Of a stretch of 64,000 bases of DNA, positions 47,159 through 59,577 are shown in pieces. The first letter of the stretch is position 1, and each line of letters opens with the position of its first letter. A program made the translations under genes and the position numbers. The notes under the pieces are model-generated. The model was not told the origin of the DNA, did no database searches, and saw only the letters and a list, made by a program, of their open reading frames with translations. This DNA comes from Planktothrix sp. GU0601_MAG3 (lineage in GTDB: Bacteria > Cyanobacteriota > Cyanobacteriia > Cyanobacteriales > Microcoleaceae), in the NCBI GenBank assembly GCA_035193785.1, contig CP136572.1:800001-864000 (forward strand), given 5' to 3'.

Positions 47159-50100
47159 TTAGTGAAGACTGGAGACTAATCGCTTGAGAGAAATATCTAA
47201 TAATTCCGGGCGATAATCTAAATGGTAGCCTAATTCCTGAATGATTCTTTCTAACAAATAACAATCTAACAAGACATTAAGTTCTTGTTTTCCTTGGGGT
47301 AAAAAACTATCTTGGGATGCTGTTTCTAAATAACTATTCAAGAAAGCCGCACTCACCCAACTTGACCATAATTGACCCCACTGTTTCCATCAGGGCTAAA
47401 TTCTCCGGGCGAATCATGCCATTTTTCACTTCTTCCCTTAAAGCAAAACGGGTAGCAAAATCAAAGGATTGTAACATTCCCCCGATGTCTCGCAGGGGGG
47501 AACGTTTCATCCGTCTTTCACTTAATGAGCGATAGGATTCTCCCTCAAAATCAATGATGATAAAATCCTTACCAGTATACAAGACATCGTATAAAGAATA
47601 GTTGCCATGACATCGGGTTCTTAGGGCGGTAATTTTCAAATTTAATAGGCTTTGAAACCGACCTAAAATATAGTTTTGATTGTTCAAAATATGTTGAGCT
47701 AGGGGTTGAAGTTCCGAGGGTAAGCTGTCCAGTTGTTTCCTGAATTTTAGCAAAACTTGCCCGGTTAAATTGCGAGAATATTGATAGATTGAGCGTTGAT
47801 AAAAGGTAGAAAATGGTTCCGGGGCAAAATTAGAATTATGGGGATCACTCGCTAGAACAATATGGAATTCGGCGGTGCGTTTTCCCAACAGTTCGGCATT
47901 GGTTAAATAGGAACCAATCAGGAGTAAAACTTCTTCAGGAATGGGTTGTTGATAGAGGTCAAAAAAGGAACCGGATGTGGATAAAATATCTAAATCTTGA
48001 CTAGGTTGTAGGATGACTCGATCAAAGTAATCGCGTAAACTATCTAAGGTATAATTCCAACCATTAATGGCATTGGGAATATACCCTTGAAGAACTCCTA
48101 ATGTGAGGGATTCTCCTCGGTGACGACGATATTCTAATCCCCCCAATAATGGTGTTGTATATCCTAACTGTTGTTTTTGTTCCAAAAATTGGCGTACTTC
48201 TAACTCAGGATGGATACCTTCTTCTACTCGACGGAATAGTTTAAAAAGGAAGCGATCGCCATAAACTACAAAGGAATTATCATACTCCTCTTTTAATAAA
48301 TGAGGATCTAATTTCTGCTCCAAATCCTGTTGTTTTAAGGCTGCTGTTGTGGTGGCAATTAAATTACCAAATCGACCCGCATAACGGTCAGAATTGACAA
48401 TCATTTTTAAGGGTAAACTTAAAAAATCAAGATTCTGTCCTACTTCTAATAAAATTCCGGTTTCTGTGTTCTGTTGTACCGTGGCTAAGATGAATTGGGG
48501 GGTTTCTATTTTCAGGGTTTCTGCTAACTTTTCCCCCGCATAAGCTAAAGGAACAAGATAGGTTTCTGGGAATCCTTCTGTATATTCTACTTGCAATAAA
48601 ACAATAATGGCTTGATTGTCTTGATAGGGAATGGGAATGGATTCTGTAATCTTTACAGATTGGAGAATCCGAGATTTAGAAAGAAACCAGCGACAGCGAT
48701 AGATATAGGCGGGTAAAATAGATTCTAGGCGAGTTTTTAAGTTGGGTTGGGTGAGAATTTCTTGCCAATTATTTTGAACAATAAAAGTAGGTAATTGGGC
48801 TTGAGGTCGAGGCAACAAAGCTAATTTTGGATCAAACTGGAGCATAAACCAGTAAAACCCATGGGGAGATAAACTAATAAAATAGGAGGAATCGCTAATT
48901 TTAGGGAACTCTGTTCGGCCAAAAATCTCCACGGGAACCATGCCTTTAAAGGCGGATAAATCTAAATTTACCGATTGTACAAATCGAGATAAATTAGCCA
49001 CAATTAACAGATGTTCTCCCTGATAGGTGCGGGTAAAAGCCAGAACTTTACGGTTTTCTGACTGTAGGATTTCAAAGCTTCCTCGTCCAAAGGCTTGAAA
49101 CCGTTTGCGCATGGCAATAATCCGTTTCATCCAGGATAAAAAGGAATTAGGATTACTACTTTGGGATTCGACATTAACGGCTTTATAATCGTATTCTGAA
49201 TCAAAAATTAAGGGTAAATAGAGTTTTTGTGGATTCGCCCGACTAAATCCAGCATTGCGATCGGGACTCCATTGCATGGGGGTTCTGACGCCATTGCGAT
49301 CGCCAATATAAATATTATCTCCCATGCCAATTTCATCCCCATAATAAAGTACGGGAGTTCCGGGTAAGGAGAGTAATAAACTATTCATTAATTCAATCTG
49401 ACGGCGATCATTTCCCAACAGAGGCGCCAGGCGACGGCGAATGCCTAAATTAATTCTAGCTTGGGGATCTTGAGCATAAACTTTATACATATAATCCCGA
49501 TCTTCATCCGTTACCATTTCTAAGGTTAATTCATCATGGTTTCTTAAAAATAATGCCCATTGACAGTTATCGGGAATGGCGGGGGTTTGATTTAAAATAT
49601 CAATAATTGGGAAACTATCTTCCATGCGTAATGCCATAAATAATCGAGGCATTAAGGGGAAGTGAAAATTCAGGTGACATTCATTCCCATCTCCATAATA
49701 AGCCGCCGCATCCTCCGGCCATTGGTTGGCTTCGGCGAGGAAAACTCGGTTAGCATAGTTAGTATCTAAATAACTGCGTAATTGCTTTAATAGTTTATGG
49801 GTTTCGGGTAAGTTTTCACAGTTGGTTTCCCTCCCGTTCAAAAATATAGGGAATGGCATCGAGTCGCATTCCATCTACTCCCATTTCCATCCAGAAATCT
49901 AAGACTTCTAAAATTGCAGTAATTACGTCGGGGTTATCATAATTCAAGTCCGGTTGATGGGAATAAAACCGATGCCAATAATAGGATTTTGCCACACTAT
50001 CCCAAGTCCAATTTGAGGTTTCAAAATCTTGGAAAATAATTCTGACTTCCGGGTATTTTTCCGGGGTATCACTCCAGACATAAAAATCCCGTTCTTTACT

Positions 50101-50481
50101 GCCTTTTGGTGCTAATCTTGCCCGTTGAAACCAGGGATGTTGATCGGAGGTATGATTAATGACTAATTCGACAATCACCCGAATTCCGCGATCGTGGGCG
50201 GCATTTAAAAAGGTTTTAAAATCCTCTAAATTCCCATAGATTCCATTAACATTAATATAGTCGGCAATATCATAACCATCATCTCGCAAAGGAGAAGGAA
50301 AAAAAGGCAGAATCCAGAGGGCTGTTACTCCTAAATCCTGTAAATAATCTAATTTTTCGGTTAATCCAATAAAGTCTCCAATGCCGTCCCCATTACTATC
50401 AGCAAAGGCGCGAACTGGAACTTCATAAATAATGGCATCTTTAAACCACAGGGGATCGTTGGGGAGTTTATTTTGTTGCAT
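47159..50481 (-). CDS. treS: Trehalose synthase/maltose alpha-D-glucosyltransferase with C-terminal maltokinase-like domain (apparent frameshifts near 49827 and 47385)
   Basis: [59 protein letters not shown] and IIDFEGE. Confidence 0.93.
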
Positions 50482-50594
50482 TTTCTCAAATTACCTAAGA
50501 TTTTTGGTGTTTTGTTTGAATGGAGTCAATACACACTTTTCTATTCTAAAATAAATAATCAGGAAAATCACCATTCTTTAGACATAACTTAATA

Positions 50595-50870
50595 ATCAGT
50601 CATCAGTCATCAGTTATCATTCATCAGTCATCAGTGATCAGTTATCAGTTAAGAAGTGAACAGTTATTAATAAACAGTTATTAGTTGTAGGGGCGGGTTC
50701 ATCAAGATTTAGGTGATTAACAAAGATCTAAAAAAACCTGCTCGTACCAGTGATCAATTAAGAAATGAATAGTAGAGAGTCTATCTATTAACGGCTAACT
50801 CTTGCACTGATGACTGACTACTGATAACTTCTTAAACTGATGACTGATAACTGATCACTGATCACTGATA
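50595..50870. repeat. Inverted STRR-like heptamer tracts (CAGTCAT/CAGTTAT) flanking a REP family A hairpin (50687..50747)
   Basis: tcagtcatcagtcatcagttatc on the left and ctgatgactgataactgatc on the right. Confidence 0.7.
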
Positions 50871-51125
50871 AAAACTTGTCTCTAAAGATAGATGACAAAT
50901 ATCTCTAATCTCGTTAACGTAGTGATTATGGAAATTAAAAATCGTAATCAAATACCTGTAAACCTCAAATCGTTTTGAGGAGATAGGGTCACTTAAAAGA
51001 ATTATAGTGTTGATCTGTACGACGGGACTTGTCGTTTTGTTTTTAGCACTAAAACTTAATAAATTGAGTCGATCTTGTTGAAGCTACAAACACAAACAAA
51101 TAAGAGATTTTCAAGGAAGAATATT

Positions 51126-52187
51126 ATGGTCATTAGTCAGTCTGATTCTGTAGCGACTAAAAATCGGCGTGCCGTGGGTGTGTTTCCTAACCGGAGTACG
51201 GCGGAAGAAGCCCTTTATGCCTTAAGAGACTCTGGTTTTCCGATGAATCAGGTTTCCGTGATGACAAAAGACGCGATTCATGGCGAGGAAATTGCTGGAG
51301 CCGATGTCAGTGATTCTGTTTCCAAGGATCACGTTGCCAACCGAGTCGATAATAAAGCCGAAGAAGGGGTAGCTTTAGGAGTGACCACTGGGGGGGTTTT
51401 AGGTGGACTCACCGGGTTATTAGTTGGTTTAGGGAGCATTGCCATCCCCGGAGTTGGCCCGATTATGTTAGCGGGGGCCGCTGCTACGGCGATCGCAACT
51501 ACCCTAGCCGGGACAGCGATTGGGGTTGCCACCGGAGGGTTATTGGGGGGATTGATTGGCCTGGGAATTCCCGAAGCAGATGCCAAAATCTATAACGACT
51601 GCATCGGTCGCGGTGAATATTTGGTGATTGTCGATGGTAACGAGGCGGATCTTGCCCGCGCCCACCAAATTCTACAAACCCATAATATTCGGGAATACAG
51701 GGTTTATGATGCCCCCGGTCTGGCCTCCATGTCCCCGGAACACCTCAACCGAGATATTACTTTCTCCGATCCAGACCATTCCCTGCATACCAACGGCAAT
51801 AAACAGGCCATGGGTGTGTTCTCCAATCCACAGGATACCGAACAGGCGATTACTGATTTAAGAAATACGGGTTTCCCCTTACGTCAGATTCGTTTAGTCT
51901 CTCATCAACCGAAATCCCAAGGGTTTGCAGATATTGAAATGAGCGATCGCTTCGATGGCATGGGGGACGGTATCTCCACTGAACATACCAAAATCTATAA
52001 TGATCGCCTAGATCGGGGTGATTTCGTTGTGGTGGTCAGTGGTACAAAAGATGAAGTTCAACGGGTGGCACCGATTTTCCGCAATCATAAAATTGAACAA
52101 TGGCAAGTCTATGATCAAACCGAAGTTTCCGCTAATAGAAAATCGCCCAACAAAACCCTTAACTTCCCTTGGTCGCGATCGCAATAA
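51126..52187 (+). CDS. General stress protein (YflT-like domains with a Gly-rich hydrophobic hairpin)
   Basis: RRAVGVF...GFPMNQVSV and GGLTGLLVGLGSIAIPGVGP...GLGIPE; the domain is duplicated. Confidence 0.8.
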   Translation: MVISQSDSVATKNRRAVGVFPNRSTAEEALYALRDSGFPMNQVSVMTKDAIHGEEIAGADVSDSVSKDHVANRVDNKAEEGVALGVTTGGVLGGLTGLLVGLGSIAIPGVGPIMLAGAAATAIATTLAGTAIGVATGGLLGGLIGLGIPEADAKIYNDCIGRGEYLVIVDGNEADLARAHQILQTHNIREYRVYDAPGLASMSPEHLNRDITFSDPDHSLHTNGNKQAMGVFSNPQDTEQAITDLRNTGFPLRQIRLVSHQPKSQGFADIEMSDRFDGMGDGISTEHTKIYNDRLDRGDFVVVVSGTKDEVQRVAPIFRNHKIEQWQVYDQTEVSANRKSPNKTLNFPWSRSQ

Positions 52188-52230
52188 TTTCCCTGTTTAA
52201 AAGCCATTAATGCCCAAATTGGGAACAGCA

Positions 52231-52323
52231 GGCACAAGACCAAAGAAACAGGGTTTCTAGCCCTGATTTTGCGGATGAAATCGAGATTTCTCGTTCAGAA
52301 ACCCGGTTTCTGCGTGAGTCCTG
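52231..52323. mobile_element. MITE-like element homologous to 35717..35815
   Basis: Close match to the reverse complement of 35717..35815; ends tgcgtgagtcctg. Confidence 0.7.
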
Positions 52324-52373
52324 TTATTGTTCCGGTGTTCCCTACTTTATATTTTTGTTTAGGAGTTTCCATC

Positions 52374-52853
52374 ATGAAAAAATTAACCTCTTTACTCATG
52401 GGTAGTTTCTTACTACTCAGCACTATAGCCTGCGGAAATGTTGCTAAAACCAGCACGGGCGCACCGAGTGGGTCGAACCAAACCGCAGAAACCCCAACGG
52501 TAGAAAGCGCCCAAGCCGCTCAGAAAGATGCCAAAAGTGACCTGCGCCAACGTCAGCTTAATGAAGATATTCGAGCACGGGAACAACGGAATAATATAAC
52601 CGGCGGTGATGCAATTCGAGCCGATAGTGATTTAGAAAGTGAGGTGCGCTCTAAACTAGAAGCTAACTTACCTGCGAGTCAATTGACAGTTACGGCGAAA
52701 GATGGGTTAGTAACGGTATCTGGAACAGTACCCACCCAACCCCAATATGACCGCATTGATCCCTTAGCAAAAGAGATTAAAGGAGTCGGGCAGGTGGTGG
52801 TGAATGTAGCGATCGCCCCAGCCCAACCCGGGAAAGAAACTCAATCTAACTAA
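52374..52853 (+). CDS. BON-domain lipoprotein
   Basis: AGGAG RBS, MKKL...STIAC lipobox and a DLESEVRSKL...VTVSGTV...IKGV BON motif. Confidence 0.85.
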   Translation: MKKLTSLLMGSFLLLSTIACGNVAKTSTGAPSGSNQTAETPTVESAQAAQKDAKSDLRQRQLNEDIRAREQRNNITGGDAIRADSDLESEVRSKLEANLPASQLTVTAKDGLVTVSGTVPTQPQYDRIDPLAKEIKGVGQVVVNVAIAPAQPGKETQSN

Positions 52854-53048
52854 AACCGAATAGAAATAGGATAATAATTCGCAACAGTCTCCAAGTAATC
52901 CCAATTAGCAAATAATAGGATTAATACACGAATTGTAATCAACATAATTTCTGTATCGTCTTAAATATTCTACCCGTCTCGAATTAATTTCAAGGCGGGT
53001 TTGACTTTTAATGATACTTTTATCTTAGGTTATTTCTCTGAAACCTAA

Positions 53049-53267
53049 ACAACAGAGGACTATTCTATTATTATTGATTTCCAACCGGGTCAAGACATGA
53101 TTCAATTGTTAGGAGCACCCAATCAGTATCGCCTAGAAACGGCTCCCTCCAACGCTCCCAACGGAACCGCAATTTTCCGCACTCTCAACGGCCGAGAGGA
53201 TTTGATCGGGATCGTCTCAGACTCCGTATTAAATAGCCTGGAGAGTGAGTTATTCCAGTTTGTCTGA
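53049..53267 (+). pseudogene. Orphan C-terminal fragment of an RTX protein
   Basis: TEDYSIIIDFQPGQDMIQLLG...YRL...GTAIF...EDLIGIV...FQFV* parallels the tail of the 10158..11316 protein. An in-frame stop lies upstream. Confidence 0.65.
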
Positions 53268-53293
53268 AGCCAAATCGTAAAATCTTGATGGCG

Positions 53294-53323
53294 ATGTGGG
53301 GGCTAATGTTCCCACATTTTTTT
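53294..53323 (+). terminator. Rho-independent terminator
   Basis: atgtggg-loop-cccacat followed by a T tract. Confidence 0.65.
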
Positions 53324-53491
53324 ATGGGGAAAAAAAGGTGTTAACGGTAATAAACACTTCCCCTCTTGCAGACGGTTTATCATGGGTTATGATGCCTTTA
53401 GCTTGGGGGTGCTATGCCTAAAATGTCTGTTGGAAAGTCCAGGATTAAGAATAAAGCCATGATCCCCGATCAATTGTTCTAACAATCACCC

Positions 53492-56463
53492 ATGAGATTA
53501 ACTCCGTTTGCCCCCCGTCCCGTCCCCCAAATTAAACCTAAAGTGCGTTTGCGAACAACTCTAGTCGTTACCTTTGTCATTCAAATTGTTGCCGCCGTTG
53601 GATTGGTTGGGTATCTTTCCTTTAGAAATGCTCAAAAAGCCGTTAATACCCTGGCTTCTCAACTTAGAAGCGAACTGAGTGCTCGCATTGAACAGGAACT
53701 CAAAAGCTATTTTGAAAACCCCTATAGACTCAACCAACTCAATAGTCGTGCATTCCTACGGGGGGAAATAGATGTGGCGAATATTGACACCGCCCCACCC
53801 TTGTTAGATCAATTAAAAATATCTCCCCTGCTGTATTCGATTTATTGCGGTAACTCCCAGGGGGAATTTTTAGGGGCGGTGCGAATTTTAGATCAGAAAC
53901 GCCTTGGGTTTGTGGACAGCTAACGCTGAAACCGGACAACATTTATATCTCTACAATATTGATGCCGAGGGACGACCCACCACATTATACAAAGATAGTG
54001 GGGCTATTTATGACCCACGAAAACGCCCTTGGTATGAAAAAGCCCAAACAACGGGGCGTCCGGTCTGGAGTGATATCTATTTAGCCTTCTCCACCGGGCT
54101 ACCCACGGTTACAGCCAGCCAACCGATTTATAATCCCGACACGGGGGAACTTCTGGGGGTTTGCGCCACGGATGTATTACTTCCCGATGATTTCCGTAAA
54201 TTCCTATCGAGTTTAACGATCGGAAAATCCGGTATTGCCTTTGTCAGCGATCGCACTGGTCAGTTACTTTCGAGTTCCACAAATGAAATTCTCACCGTCG
54301 GAAAGGGGAAACAAGCCAAACTCCTCCCCGCAGCCGATAGCCAAAATCCCTTAATTAGAGGGGCGACTCAACAAATTATCCTTCAATATGGCAGTTTTGC
54401 CAACTTAGATCAACCTGTACAAACGGAGTTTCTACTCAATAATCAACGGAAATTTATTCAAGTTTTACCCTTTAAAGACGGTCGGGGATTAGATTGGTTA
54501 ATTGTAGTTGTGATTCCAGAACGGGATTTCATGGATGAAATTAATGCCAATAATCGCCTAACAATTATTTTATGTTTAGTGGCATTAGCGGTCGCAATTT
54601 TAGCGGGTATTGCTACCTCCCGTTGGATCTCTCAACCGATTTTAAAATTAAGTCAAGCTTCCAAAGCCATTGCTCAAGGTCAACTGGATCAACATATTGA
54701 AACTAAAGGGATCACGGAGATTGAAATTTTAGCCAGTTCCTTTAATACCATGACCTATCAACTGCAAGAATCCTTTGCTAAATTAGAGGCAAAAAATGCC
54801 GATTTAGAACAGGCAAAAGAAGCCTTATTCGCAGCTAAGGAACAGTTAGAAGCCGTATTAAATGCCGTACCCGGTTCCATTTCTTGGATGAATGCTGAAG
54901 GGATTTATTTAGGAGTTAATCGTCATCTAGCGGATAATTTAAGTTTGGAAACCGAAGAAATTTTGGGTCAAAAAATTGGATTTTTTGAACAGGGTTCAGA
55001 CTATGTTAAATTTCTGCATCAGTTTCTGGAAAGTCCTGAACAGTCAGCCTCCCAAATTCTGCCAATTATCCAAAATAATCAACGGCGTTACTATTTAATT
55101 GTGGTGCAGAAATATCAGCAAGGTTCGGCTTCCGTTGCCGTGGGAATTGATATTACCGAACGTCGGCAAGCGGAGGAAGCCCTGAGAATTGCGGAGGAGA
55201 ACTATCGCAGTATTTATGAGAATGCCTTAGAAGGGATTTTTCAATATCATCCTGAACATTCCTATATTAATGTTAATCCCTCCATGGCGCGGATTTATGG
55301 TTATGATTCTCCCCAGGCTTTGATGGAGATTCTACAGGATTCTAGTTATTCTTTATATGTACAAATGGAACGGCATCAGGAATTTATTAATTTAATGGAG
55401 GAACAGGAAACGGTTTCTAACTTTGAATTTCAAATTTATCGTGCAGATCGACATAAAATTTGGATTTCTGCCAGTGCTAAACCCGTCTTTAATCCCGGGG
55501 GGAATTTACTCTATTATCAGGGATTTATTGCCGATATTACGGAACGAAAAAAAGCTGAAGTTGAGCGTCAACAGTTTATTGAGGAACTATTTGAAGTTAA
55601 TAGTAATTTAGAAGTTGCAATGCAAACTCAGTTAGAATTAACGGAAGCCGCCACTCGTTTTGTCCCCCAACAATTTCTCTCTCTCCTGGGGTATAACAGT
55701 ATCGCCGAGGTGAAATTAGGAGAGGGAGTACAACATGAAATGTCTATTTTATTTTCCGATATTCGCGACTTTACAGCCCTTTCAGAAAAGATGACCCCGG
55801 AAGATAATTTCCAATTTATTAACTCCTATCTTTCCCGTATGGAACCTGCAATTACCCAACATCAAGGGTTTATTGATAAATATATTGGTGATGCAATTAT
55901 GGCGTTATTTAATGGGGGTGCGGATGATGCTATTAAAGCAGGAATTACCATGTTACAAGAACTGGTGGAATATAATAGTCACCGGGGGCGACCCGACCGA
56001 CCGACCGTATCTATTGGAATTGGAATTAATACGGGATCTTTAATGTTGGGAAACCGTGGGCGGAGAAAATCGTATGGATAGTACGGTAATTAGTGATGCG
56101 GTGAATTTAGCCTCTCGAATTGAAGGGTTAACCAAATATTTTGGCGTGCCGTTATTAATTTCTGAATATACGTTAAAGGCGTTAAAAGATCCTAGTTTAT
56201 ATGGTATTCGGTTAATGGGTCGGGTTAATGTGAAAGGGAAATCGGAAATGGTGTCTGTTTTTGAAGTATTTGATGCGGATTTACCTACAATTAAAGCTGG
56301 AAAATTAGCAACCAAAACTCTATTTGAAAAAGCGGTTTCCCTTTATAATATTGAAAATTATCAGGAGGCAATTAAAGCATTTGAGGATTGTTTAGTCTTA
56401 AATCCCATTGACCGAGTGGCTAAATTTTATTTAGAACACATCCGTAATCAAATGTCATTTTAA
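53492..56463 (+). CDS. Membrane sensor adenylate cyclase: TM, dCache, TM, HAMP, PAS, PAS, class III cyclase (apparent frameshifts near 53897 and 56051)
   Basis: YDPRKRPWY, HAMP EIEILASSFNTM, PAS DITERK, FSDIRDFT, DKYIGDAIM and DAVNLASRIEG. Confidence 0.9.
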
Positions 56464-56505
56464 CTACCCATCAACAAATGGAAAAGTTATGTTTGCCTAA
56501 ATCAA

Positions 56506-56533
56506 GTGGGGGCAAATGACCATTCGCCCCTAC
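56506..56533. repeat. REP hairpin, same family as inside the 32498 MITE
   Basis: gtgggggcaaatgaccattcgcccctac. Confidence 0.65.
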
Positions 56534-56580
56534 CGCTTGATGTTAGAAGTTGGACTTGTGAACAGAGAAGTGTAGGTAGT

Positions 56581-57619
56581 TCATTTACTAATAAAATGTA
56601 CCCAAAAATCCCCATCGGGCATACAAACTCGACGGATTAAATTGTAGGAATAGGGTAAATAAGCACCACTCAAATCCGTGCGATATCCCGAGGGAAACCA
56701 TTCTCCATAGGGGTCATGTACCAGTAGGTTTTTTTCGTCATAACCCACCACGGGCATAATATGACCAAAGGCGGTAAAATAACCGTGAAGTACCGCCGGT
56801 TTACCATCGGCTAACCAGTCTTGTAATTCCTCTAGGGTTGCCCGGTCTGAAAAGAAATCTTTGGCCCCATAATCTCTAACAATTTTGGCTAAATCGTAGG
56901 GACTCCAGCGACTATAACCCTTTTTGATGGCATATTCATAGAGTTCATCTTCAAACTGACCGCCACTGCTACGCCGAGGAATGCCCAAATATTGCAAACA
57001 CATGGCGATGGAAGTAACATTACAAGACCCGGTGGGATTATAAAAGTTATCCAGTTGGGATTTATAGGAAAAATTGGCGAGTTTGATACTTTTAGGACGG
57101 GGTTTAGGATAAACTAAATTTTTCCCTTGATAAATTTCGCCGTGTTGGTCAAATACATACCAAATTGATTGTTCTCCAAATTCATCTCCCCGAAAAGCGA
57201 CTCTAATATGACCGCGTAGGGGTTTCATAAGCTATAAGTTTGAATTCTTGACCAGCTTTTACGCCTTTTTTCTCCGTTTCACTTAATTGGGAAGATGTCA
57301 CGGGTCTGAGTTTTAAAATTGTTTCTTTGGTGATTTTAAGAACCGGAACATCCGTGGGAAGTTGTTCCCGTTTGGTTTCAATTAATTTTTTGGCGGTTTT
57401 TGCCCCTAAAAATCCGGGTTCGTCACATTCCATTAAGGTTTGAAACCGATGTAGGGCGGCGGTGGATTTCTGCCCAAAACTGCCATCTGCTGGGGGATCA
57501 AGCAAGGTCAAATTAATTAGAATCACCTGAGTTTGGCGGGTTAATTCCTGATCCGAGGCGATCGCATTGATATCATAACGTTGTTCGGTTCCTAAAATGT
57601 CTTGTAATTTCATATTCAC
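56581..57619 (-). CDS. Peptidoglycan-binding domain fused to a C39-like cysteine peptidase (apparent frameshift near 57223)
   Basis: DGSFGQKSTAALHRFQ; SQLDN...SCNVTSIAMCL, GHIMPVVGYD and HDPYG. Confidence 0.82.
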
Positions 57620-57942
57620 TAATAAATGCTGTAACTTTAAGGTCTAACAAAAATCAACGATAATGGCAATAACTTGATGCCGATGTTCTCAGTTTAACGT
57701 CTGAATTTGCCTAACAATTTCAGACGTTATTGATTATTGCGTAGATTTAGCAGAATTGGATAGCCCCTGATTAAAATTAACAATTCTCAACCATTCAAAA
57801 AAGGGGGAATAACTCATGATGGGGATAATACCCTAACGGTGGTTGTTAACTTCAGACTATGGCAATCCGTTGGGGAATCATCCTATTGTCTTGTGGGGGT
57901 TTGCCCCGGGACTCCCCCCGACTTTTGGTTAAGATGATGGAA

Positions 57943-58816
57943 TTAATTACTAACTTTTAAACTTTGGATTTTAGGTTCAGGTACACCCCAACTTTTGAGA
58001 ATATTATAGGCAATAATTTGATGTCCGGCAATATTGGGGTGAATCCCATCCCTAGTTAATAGATTTTGTCCCTGTCCCCCATAACGTTGATAGGTGATAA
58101 TGACATGGCGAAAGGGAATATTTAAGTCAATAAATTGACAGCGATATTGCAAGGCAACGTCCCGCATTATCGCGATATATTCGGCAATACGTTGATTTTC
58201 TCGACTACTGAGATCTTCCTGAATAATAGTAGGTGATAATAATAAAACTGGAATAGCTTTTGAGGTGGCTACCTGTACCATTGTGGTTAAATTTTGCCGA
58301 TATTCTTGGGCGGTGGGAACATTTGGTCTTGCGGTCGTTGGGGTTTGGAAACTTTGTAAAACATCATTTACCCCAATATTAATTGTAATTAAATCTGGTT
58401 TTTTATCTAAAACATCTTGTTTAAATCGTTCATTTAGTTGGGTTGAAGTATTCCCAGAAATACCTGAACTGATGATTTCAACGGGTTGATTAGGATAGAG
58501 TAGATTCAAATAGCGCTGTAATAGCCAGACATAACCTCCATATTGTCCTCCACTTTGAGTAATGCTATCCCCAACCATCACAATTCGCTGTTTATTGCGT
58601 AGGGCTTCGGGTAGGGCTTCGGGTAGGGGTTCGATAATCGGTTGAGGGGATACGGTCGGTTTAGGGACTGAAGACGGACGAGGAGTTGAGGCGGGAGGAA
58701 GATTGGGGGATGGTGCGGCTTGTATGCGTAAGGATGCGGCTAGAGCATACCATCCGAAACCACCGATTGTAAGGGTAACGAGAAATCGGACTACAAATGT
58801 CTGAAACCTGTTTCAT
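57943..58816 (-). CDS. SGNH/GDSL hydrolase with N-terminal TM and Pro-rich linker (apparent frameshift near 58805-58812)
   Basis: GDSIT, SGISG, GVND and DGIHPN. The frame stays open upstream to ~58805 and an ATG is at 58816. Confidence 0.85.
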
Positions 58817-59270
58817 CTGTGAGTAGTGTTATGGGAAGTTACAGCAAGGATAATTCAGTTATCAAGTATCCGCATTATCGGTTATCAGTGCAATAGTTAA
58901 TATTTAATCAACTGTTTACTTCTCAATCCTGATATCACCCCCCAAAGTGCTTTAATTCAAAAACTGAATCAATCGTTTGACAGTAAAATTTACCTAAATA
59001 AAACTTCACAGCGTTTTAATATTTATATTCCGCCTAAAGGGTTGAGACAATTATTTAAGATGGCAATGAAGATGTGTCAATCTTATATACTTTATGGAAA
59101 TAGAACACTCAAAATATGAGGTGGTAATTCGCACCACGGCCCAAACCCATAAAATTAGCCAAGTATTTACGATCTAGGAATGGGCCTGGTTAACCCAGGA
59201 AATCCAAGACTGGCTTGCTCCTTGGTGAACCCGGAAACGAGCTATTTCCGGCCCAAGAACTACTAAACAA

Positions 59271-59362
59271 CGGAGAGGGAGGGATTCGAACCCTCGGTAC
59301 GGAGTTACCTGCCGTACAACAGATTAGCAATCTGTCGCTTTCGACCGCTCAGCCACCTCTCC
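59271..59362 (-). tRNA. trnS: tRNA-Ser(GCT)
   Basis: The reverse complement GGAGAGGTGGCTGAGCGGTCGAAAGCG...ACAGATTGCTAATCTGT...GGTTCGAATCCCTCCCTCTCCG has a long variable arm. CCA is not encoded. Confidence 0.97.
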
Positions 59363-59577
59363 AGGAGTGACAATTAAATATACTAACAGATCATTTAGGG
59401 TCTGTCTAGGGGTAAAAGTAAAAAAGTTGGGAGCGATCGCAATTTAGGCTGATTATCCCAGGGACTTCACCCCCAGACTCCTTTGTGAAGGAAAGGAAAC
59501 AAATCACCCCCATCACGACTAGAAAAAACAAGATAGACTGTTGATTAACCCTTTTCGGCCTTGTTCCAAGCTGTCCC

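Noticed and set aside
46917..47264. Short ORFs 46917..47162 and 46986..47264
   Set aside because: They read through STRR and MITE sequence and have no protein motif.
58820..59270. Integrated element at tRNA-Ser
   Set aside because: No integrase and no duplicated tRNA 3' end were seen in the window.
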